DNA from: Oscillospiraceae bacterium
Lineage (GTDB): Bacteria; Bacillota; Clostridia; Oscillospirales; CAG-272
Reading direction: 5' to 3'
Assembly: GCA_015064315.1 (NCBI GenBank)
Contig: SVSL01000003.1
Span: forward strand, 1,258-65,257
DNA: 64,000 bases
Shown here: positions 57,570 to 64,000 of the stretch, piece by piece
Numbering within the stretch: position 1 is the stretch's first letter
How the letters are laid out: every line of letters begins with the position of its first letter
Translations under genes and position numbers: made by a program
Notes under the pieces: model-generated
Database searches by the model: none
Seen by the model: the letters and a program-made list of their open reading frames with translations, nothing else
What the model was told of the DNA's origin: nothing

Positions 57570-58157
57570 ATGAAAAAGCAATCCACAGAGCTTACCACCG
57601 TGAATCCGCCCATGAAAAAGCTTCAAGCCTTTTTCCGAAAGATCGGAAAGAAGAATCTCATCATCGCCTGCGCAGTCATTCTCATCGGTGCCGCAGTTTG
57701 GCTCAACTTCGTTCTCTTCTCAAACGGGAATCAAAACACGGGCTATGACGGCTACGATCAGCCCAGCGGAAACATCTCGGACAGTCTGAACAACACGCAG
57801 GACAATACCGAAAACACCTATTTTTCGGCAACCCTTGTCAGCCGTCAGAAGGCGCGCGACGAGGCACTGGAGGTTCTGCAAGCCGTAGTTGACAACGTGG
57901 AAGCCAGCGAGACCGTAAAGAATGAGGCTCTGGCAGGCATTTCCGCCATTGCCGACGAAATTCAGAAGGAAGCCAACATCGAGTCTCTCATCACCGCCAA
58001 GGGCTTTGAAAAATGCGTTGCCGTGCTCAACGGAGATCAGGCAAGCATCATTGTCAAGGCAGACAGCCTTCAGCCCTCCCAGATCGCCCAGATCAACGCC
58101 ATCGTTTACGAGCAGACCGGCATCGCTCCCACGGGTGTGACCATTATCAACAAGTAA
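57570..58157 (+). CDS. spoIIIAH: Stage III sporulation protein AH
   Basis: N-terminal TM; YF....R..AR.EA; EANIESLITAKGF..C motif. Confidence 0.92.
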   Translation: MKKQSTELTTVNPPMKKLQAFFRKIGKKNLIIACAVILIGAAVWLNFVLFSNGNQNTGYDGYDQPSGNISDSLNNTQDNTENTYFSATLVSRQKARDEALEVLQAVVDNVEASETVKNEALAGISAIADEIQKEANIESLITAKGFEKCVAVLNGDQASIIVKADSLQPSQIAQINAIVYEQTGIAPTGVTIINK

Positions 58158-58214
58158 AACAACAAATCAGCTCTCCGCACGGAATCCCAAGCGGAGAGCT
58201 GATTCTTATTGTCA

Positions 58215-59630
58215 TTATTTCTTTTTATTCAGTGCCTCTGCCGCATCATTTCCCTTTTCGTACTTGATTCCATCGGGAGCGGTTACGGATTTCAGAGCAA
58301 CGCAGTTGTGAAAGGCGTTCTTTTCCACCGACATGACGCCCTCCATGGTGATGCTTTCCAAGGAAACACAGTTGGCAAAGCAGGAGCCGGGCAAGGATTT
58401 CAAGGATGCGGGCAGCTTGATCTCCCCAAGAGACAAGCAGTTGTAGAATGCGTTGACACCGATCTCTTCCAAATTTTCGCCGTTGAAGATGACCGATGCA
58501 AGATAATCGCAATCCATAAAGGCGTTCTCGCGGATCGTTTCAAGGCTTGCGGGCAAAAGGATCCGGGACAAGCTATCGCAATCGTCAAAGGCGCGTACGC
58601 CAATGGATCGGATTCCCTCGGGAAGCGTCACCTTGCGAAGCGTCTCGCATTCAAAGAAGGCGTAATCCCCCAGCGAGGTGCAGCCCTCCAAAACGGTGAT
58701 CTCCTGAAATCTGCCGGGGTAGTATCCCTTTGCAAAATCGGGATATTCCGCGCCGAACACGTAACCGAGATAGGTGTTCTCGGTGGCGGATCCCCCTACA
58801 AAGGGCAGCGTCAGTCGTCGCAGGTCGGTACACCCCTGAAGGGCACCGAGACCGATCTCTTTCAGAGAATCGGTGAATTCCAAGCTCACAAAGGCGGCAC
58901 AGGAATCCAGGGCGTGATCCCCCAGCTGAATCAGATGGTCAACGGTCAGATATTTCATGGAGAAGCATCCGTAAAAGGCATACTTTCCAAGAGTGGCAAT
59001 GCGATCCGCCAGTCTTACGGCAACCAAATCGTTGCATTCAAAAAAGGCAAAATCGGGAATGGAATCAAAATTGCCGTTGATCTCCAAAAGCTTCAAGGAG
59101 GCGGGAACGTCACGGGCGTTATCCGCGTAGGTTGCGGAACCGAAGAGATAACCCAGGTGACTATTCTTGGTAATGCGTTCTCCCAGCAGAGGAGACCGCA
59201 GCGCGCGAAGCGCGGTACAGCCCTTGAGGATCGATTGTCCCATGGTGGAGATGCTGCTCGGCAGCACCAGCACCTCAAGGGCGGTGTTATCGGCAAAGGC
59301 GCTCTCGGCAATGGCGGTAACGGGATGATCACCGATCTTTTCGGGAATGGCGATTGCCTTTTCGGTTCCCTTGTAGCCCTTGATCGTCACCTTGGAATCA
59401 ACGACCTCGTATTCCAGCTCCTCGGCAGACAGCATCCTTGCCTCGGCAAAGGCATCGTCCAGCAGCTTTTCGTAATCGGTGGGATCAACGGGAATCTCGG
59501 GAGCGGGAGACAGAGGCGTTTCGGGGGCTCTCGGGATGGGCATGGGAGGCGGCGCCTGCGTACAGGCAACCAACAAAGACGCTAAAAGCGTCAACGCCAA
59601 AAGAAGCGCAATGCGCGGTGTTTTTTTCAT
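58215..59630 (-). CDS. BspA-type LRR lipoprotein
   Basis: Lipobox LVAC, Pro-rich linker, many LP.S...IG..AF..C repeats. Confidence 0.9.
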   Translation of the reverse strand: MKKTPRIALLLALTLLASLLVACTQAPPPMPIPRAPETPLSPAPEIPVDPTDYEKLLDDAFAEARMLSAEELEYEVVDSKVTIKGYKGTEKAIAIPEKIGDHPVTAIAESAFADNTALEVLVLPSSISTMGQSILKGCTALRALRSPLLGERITKNSHLGYLFGSATYADNARDVPASLKLLEINGNFDSIPDFAFFECNDLVAVRLADRIATLGKYAFYGCFSMKYLTVDHLIQLGDHALDSCAAFVSLEFTDSLKEIGLGALQGCTDLRRLTLPFVGGSATENTYLGYVFGAEYPDFAKGYYPGRFQEITVLEGCTSLGDYAFFECETLRKVTLPEGIRSIGVRAFDDCDSLSRILLPASLETIRENAFMDCDYLASVIFNGENLEEIGVNAFYNCLSLGEIKLPASLKSLPGSCFANCVSLESITMEGVMSVEKNAFHNCVALKSVTAPDGIKYEKGNDAAEALNKKK

Positions 59631-59827
59631 GGCAGACATCCTTTCAGACAGAAATACGGATCAAAAACCGTCTTCCCCCTTATTGTACCATAAAAATACC
59701 GATTTCGCAAGAGGTTGCATGAACAATTCATAATTATTTCAATTTCGTCACAAAAAATCCTTGTATTGCGACGCTCGGCATGATATAATTAAGACGTCGC
59801 GTGACAACACTAACCAAGGAGGACGGT

Positions 59828-60766
59828 ATGCGCATTGAAATCAACGACGCTTTTGCGGGAAAAACGCTGAAACAGCTGTTGCAGCTGGAGCTTCGGTTTT
59901 CCACCAAGATGATCAAATATCTCAAATACCGTCCCGACGGCATGACGGTAAACGGCAAGCGAAAAACCGTTCGTTACGTTCTGCAAAAGGGCGATCTTTT
60001 GGAGCTTGCCACCGAGGATGCAGAAGCCTCCCCAAAGCTCCGCGCCGTAAAGCTTCCTCTTGAGATTCTTTACGAGGATGACGACCTGGTGGTTCCCGTC
60101 AAGCCTGCCAATATGCCTACGCACCCCTCTCACGATCACTATGATGACACGGTAGCCAACGCCCTTGCCTATCGCTATGAAAGGGACGGCATCCCCTTTG
60201 TCTTTCGCCCCATCAACCGCCTGGACCGCAATACCAGCGGACTCTTGCTCATTGCGCGCCACAAGGCTGCGGCGGGAATTCTGACAAAAGCCATGCAACA
60301 GGGGCGTATTCAAAAGAAATATCTGGCAATTCTGGATGGCGAGATGCCTCCCACGGAGCAGGGACGCATTGACGCCTGCCTGCACCGCACGGCAAAAAGC
60401 ATTATTGTTCGAGAGGTCTGCTCGCCCGACGCCCCCGACGCCGATCCCTCGGTGACCGAATATCGGGTGCTTGCCGCCATGAACGGACACACGCTGGTGG
60501 AGGCAGCCCCCATTACGGGAAGAACCCATCAGCTCCGCGTACATTTTTCTTATTTGGGATATCCCATTACGGGAGACGATCTGTACGGCGCGCCCTCAAA
60601 AGCCATTGACCGTCACGCGCTCCATGCCAGAAGTCTCTCCTTTCCCTTGCCCTCCACCGACGAGGAAATCACCCTCACCGCGCCTCTGACCGAGGATTTT
60701 GCCAAGCTTTTGGAGGCGTATTTCCCCGACCATCCCCTGCTTACAGAAAGGATCCTTTCCCTATGA
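59828..60766 (+). CDS. RluA/RluD family pseudouridine synthase
   Basis: ILYEDD...KPA, NRLDRNTSG, TGRTHQLRVH and GDDLYG motifs. Confidence 0.93.
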   Translation: MRIEINDAFAGKTLKQLLQLELRFSTKMIKYLKYRPDGMTVNGKRKTVRYVLQKGDLLELATEDAEASPKLRAVKLPLEILYEDDDLVVPVKPANMPTHPSHDHYDDTVANALAYRYERDGIPFVFRPINRLDRNTSGLLLIARHKAAAGILTKAMQQGRIQKKYLAILDGEMPPTEQGRIDACLHRTAKSIIVREVCSPDAPDADPSVTEYRVLAAMNGHTLVEAAPITGRTHQLRVHFSYLGYPITGDDLYGAPSKAIDRHALHARSLSFPLPSTDEEITLTAPLTEDFAKLLEAYFPDHPLLTERILSL

Positions 60767-61890
60767 CCTTTTACGTTACTCCTCCAGTCACCGAACGCAA
60801 GAAAAGAAAACGCCTGCCGCGCGTCTGCAAGATCATCTATCTTTTGACGCTTTTGAGTGCCGTTCTCTATCTGATCTTTACCCAAAGCCAAGGCTTTTCG
60901 GATTGGTTCAATCAGAATATCAGCACGTGGGGGCGCAGACTCCTTGCCTATCTCACGTCGTGGATCCCCTTCTCGCTTGCCGAGGTGCTCCTGCTCTCGC
61001 TCCCCATCCTTGCCGTGATCCTCATTGTGGTTGCCTATAAGCATTTCAGCGACAGCAAGCAGGATGCATGGGTCTATATTCGCATTCTGCTCTCGGTCCC
61101 CTGTCTGATCCTTGTGATCTTTGTGTGGAACTTTGCCCCGGGCTACTACGGAACGCCTCTGGAGCAAAAGCTGGAGCTCGATCGCCAAAAGGTGAGCGCA
61201 AACGAACTGTTTGATACCGCACAGCTCCTTTCCGCCGAGCTGGAGCGTCTGACCCCCGAGATCGAATTCTCGGAGGACGGAAGCTCTAAAATGCCCTATT
61301 CCTACAAGAAAATGAATCAAAAGCTTCTCGATGCCTACGAGCGCTTTTGCGAGAAGCAGGATTTCATCGATCATTTTTACAGCCGTGCCAAGCCCGTAAT
61401 GCTCAGTGAGCCCATGTCCTATACCCACATCACGGGAGTGTATACCTTCTTTACGGGGGAGGCGAATATCAACGTCAATTTCCCCGATTACACCGTTCCC
61501 TACACCGCCGCCCACGAGCTGGCACATCAGAGAGGCATTGCGAAGGAGGATGAAGCAAACTTTATCGCCTTTTTGGTCTGCATGGAATCCGACGATCCCT
61601 ATATCCGATACAGCGCCTGCCTCAATCTCTACGAATACGTGGCGGTGGCGCTGAGAGAAGCCGACAGAGAGCTTTACAGGGAATCCTACAAGGGGCTTCC
61701 CGAGAGCGTCAAGCGAGAGGAGGAGGCATACAGCCGCTTCTTTGACAAATACCGTCACAACGTAGCCGCCGACGTCAGCCAGAAGACCAACGATCTGTAT
61801 CTGCAATCTCAGGGCTCTCCCGAGGGAACGAAAAGCTACAACCTTGTAGTTGATCTGGCAGTGGCTTATTACAAGCCTCAATTTGAATAA
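60763..61890 (+). CDS. DUF3810-like membrane-anchored zincin
   Basis: N-terminal TMs; GVYTFFTGEANIN; HELAHQRG...EDEANF (HExxH...E). Confidence 0.82.
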   Translation: MTFYVTPPVTERKKRKRLPRVCKIIYLLTLLSAVLYLIFTQSQGFSDWFNQNISTWGRRLLAYLTSWIPFSLAEVLLLSLPILAVILIVVAYKHFSDSKQDAWVYIRILLSVPCLILVIFVWNFAPGYYGTPLEQKLELDRQKVSANELFDTAQLLSAELERLTPEIEFSEDGSSKMPYSYKKMNQKLLDAYERFCEKQDFIDHFYSRAKPVMLSEPMSYTHITGVYTFFTGEANINVNFPDYTVPYTAAHELAHQRGIAKEDEANFIAFLVCMESDDPYIRYSACLNLYEYVAVALREADRELYRESYKGLPESVKREEEAYSRFFDKYRHNVAADVSQKTNDLYLQSQGSPEGTKSYNLVVDLAVAYYKPQFE

Positions 61891-62145
61891 AACGCGAACA
61901 TTTTTTCTTTTCGAGCATAAACTGAAACCGAAAGCAAAGTCTGTTTTTTGGGAAAGCTCCGAAAAAAATGAAAATTTTTCTAAAAAAATGAAAAATCCAC
62001 TTTTCATTTATCAAATAGTATGATATAATATATCTGTATGGACGTAAGGAGAAAAGAAGGCAGACTTTTTTCTCATTTTTCGCTTTTCGACTGTCAAAAA
62101 ACGTCGAAAAAAAGCATTTCTGTTTGCAAAGGAAGGTGTGGCACC

Positions 62146-63441
62146 ATGTCAACGAAAATCGTGATACAGGGGGGCTTTCCGCTTCGCGGAGAGGTCTTTG
62201 TCAGCGGCATGAAAAACGCTGCCCTCCCCATTCTTTTTGCATCGATCCTTGTAAAAGACGTCTGCATTCTTGAAAACATTCCAAACGTCAGCGACATCAC
62301 CGCAACCCTTGAGATCCTGCATTCCATGGGTGCATCGGTCTGTTATAAGACGCCCACCACCGTCCGCGTTGATACCACGCACCTGCGCGGAGGATCGGCA
62401 CCTGCGGAGCTTGTAAAAAAGATGCGCGGCTCTACCTATCTGCTCGGCGCGGAATTGGGTCGCTTTGGCAAAGCCTCGGTGGGCTGGCCCGGCGGTTGCG
62501 ATTTTGGAAGCCGCCCTCTGGATCAGCACATGAAGGGCTTTGAGGCACTGGGTGCCACCGTTACCACCGACAGCGGTCAGATCTGTCTCACCACCGACAA
62601 GCCTTTGGTGGGAAGCTCGGTCTACTTTGACGTGGCGTCCGTGGGCGCTACCGTGAACATCATACTGGCTTCGGTTCTCGCGGAGGGACTTACCGTCATT
62701 GACAACGCCGCAAGAGAGCCCCACATCGTTGACCTTGCCAACTTCCTCAACTCCTGCGGTGCCAATATCACCGGCGCGGGAACTCCTGTGATCAAGGTGC
62801 GCGGCGTCAAGGAGCTGCACGGATGCACCTATGCCATCATCCCCGATATGATCGAGGCAGGCACCTTTATGGTAGCCGCGGCGGCAACGGGAGGCTGTGT
62901 CAGAATCCGCAACGTGATCCCCAAGCACGTGGAAAGCATTACCGCAAAGCTTTGCGAAATGGGCGTGCTGGTGGAGGAGGAGCCCGATGAAAGCCTGATC
63001 GTCACCGCTCAGCCCGAATGTAAGAACGTAAACATCAAGACCCTGCCCTATCCCGGCTTCCCCACCGATATGCACCCTCAGTTTGCCCCTCTGCTCTGTT
63101 TGGCGGGAGGCGTGAGCTGCATTCAGGAGGGCATTTGGGAGCATCGCTTCCGCTACGTGGATGAGCTTCGCAAGATGGGTGCCACCGTTATGCTGGATAG
63201 CCGTACCGCCACCTTTGTGGGAAGCGGAAAGCTCAACGGCGCGCCCGTGGACGCCACCGACCTTCGCGCCGGAGCGGCTCTTGTGATTGCAGGTCTTGCC
63301 GCCGACGGCATTACCGAGATCAGCAACGTGGATTACATTTACCGCGGTTATGACAATATTGTGGAGAAGCTCTCCAAATTGGGCGCCAAGATCAGCGAGG
63401 TCACAATTCCCGACCCCGAACTGATCCAGAAGGCAAATTAA
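62146..63441 (+). CDS. murA: UDP-N-acetylglucosamine 1-carboxyvinyltransferase
   Basis: SGMKNAALP, PGGCDFGSRP, SVGAT.N, NAAREPHI, PGFPTD and DLRAGAAL motifs. Confidence 0.97.
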   Translation: MSTKIVIQGGFPLRGEVFVSGMKNAALPILFASILVKDVCILENIPNVSDITATLEILHSMGASVCYKTPTTVRVDTTHLRGGSAPAELVKKMRGSTYLLGAELGRFGKASVGWPGGCDFGSRPLDQHMKGFEALGATVTTDSGQICLTTDKPLVGSSVYFDVASVGATVNIILASVLAEGLTVIDNAAREPHIVDLANFLNSCGANITGAGTPVIKVRGVKELHGCTYAIIPDMIEAGTFMVAAAATGGCVRIRNVIPKHVESITAKLCEMGVLVEEEPDESLIVTAQPECKNVNIKTLPYPGFPTDMHPQFAPLLCLAGGVSCIQEGIWEHRFRYVDELRKMGATVMLDSRTATFVGSGKLNGAPVDATDLRAGAALVIAGLAADGITEISNVDYIYRGYDNIVEKLSKLGAKISEVTIPDPELIQKAN

Positions 63442-63473
63442 AGAAAGCTGAAACAACACTAAAAAGCATAAAA

Positions 63474-63804
63474 GGGGCTGTCTCATTAAGAACACCTCAA
63501 AACCGAAAGATAGCGTAGCCTTGAAGTTATTTCATGGCTACGCTATCTCTTTGAATGACCCAAAAACTTGTAGGGACAGGCGTCCTCGACTGTCCGGAAA
63601 CAAAGGATTTTTGTTTTCTTTATGGCTATTGTTTGTAGCCGGAGAAAAAACAAAATTTTTTACTTCTTGGACCGTCGGGGACGCCGGTCCCTACACCGAT
63701 AAATTGAATTTTTCGGTTTATCGTTTTATTCTGTAAATACAGGTATTTGTTGAAAAAACTTTGAAAATGCTTTGAATAAGGGGCTTTCTTAATGAGACAA
63801 CCTC
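63474..63804. mobile_element. MITE-like element enclosing a GTAG-type REP pair
   Basis: Terminal inverted repeats ggggctgtctcattaagaa/ttcttaatgagacaacctc (17/19); internal inverted GTAG REPs at 63570-63595 and 63669-63694; 13-bp hairpin at 63508-63548. Confidence 0.65.
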
Positions 63805-63900
63805 TTTCTTTGGCTTCTTTGCGAACTTGTAGGGACAGGCGCAATCGCGCGTTCTATTCCTCGCCTAAAACCGAGCAAGAGACGTGGGAACGCATCAAAA

Positions 63901-64000
63901 TCATTCGCTCAACATCTCTGCGATCTCCGTATGTCCATGTTCCACAGCATAATCGTAGGCGGTTTTGTTGCGCGCGTCGATCAAGGTAGGATCAGCTCCA
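63901..64000 (-). CDS. 3' end of an ankyrin-repeat protein (runs off the window end)
   Basis: Manual translation GADPTLIDARNKTAYDYAVEHGHTEIAEMLSE-stop matches the ankyrin consensus. Confidence 0.75.
   Translation of the reverse strand, partial: GADPTLIDARNKTAYDYAVEHGHTEIAEMLSE

Noticed and set aside
62146-63441. Fosfomycin-resistant MurA variant
   Set aside because: The active-site Cys (PGGC) is retained.

Overview
Core chromosome of an endospore-forming Clostridia-like Firmicute. It carries housekeeping genes (uvrB partial, lon, engB, scpAB, rluB, cls, alaS, murA), many sporulation genes (ytfJ, dacB-like, spo0A, spoIIE, complete spoIIIAA-AH) and metabolic or surface accessory genes (fucI with an AraC regulator, four tandem histidine phosphatases with an MFS transporter, three BspA-type LRR lipoproteins). 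Two loci stand out. (1) A ~7 kb, seven-gene, podovirus-like packaging and head module at 34926-41912 (terS-like, terL, nozzle-like, portal, scaffold, capsid, adaptor-like). It has no integrase, replication, lysis or tail-fibre genes and shares a terminator with spoIIE, so it is a candidate domesticated gene-transfer-agent-like system. (2) A ~3.6 kb element encoding a tyrosine integrase and a WYL protein, sitting in the 3' end of spo0A. It is bounded by a 201-bp spo0A duplication that differs only at synonymous codons, and a strong promoter points into the second copy. REP-like palindromes nested inside MITE-like inverted repeats are scattered through intergenic regions. No rRNA, tRNA or CRISPR array was seen. 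All calls come from reading motifs by eye, with no database searches.
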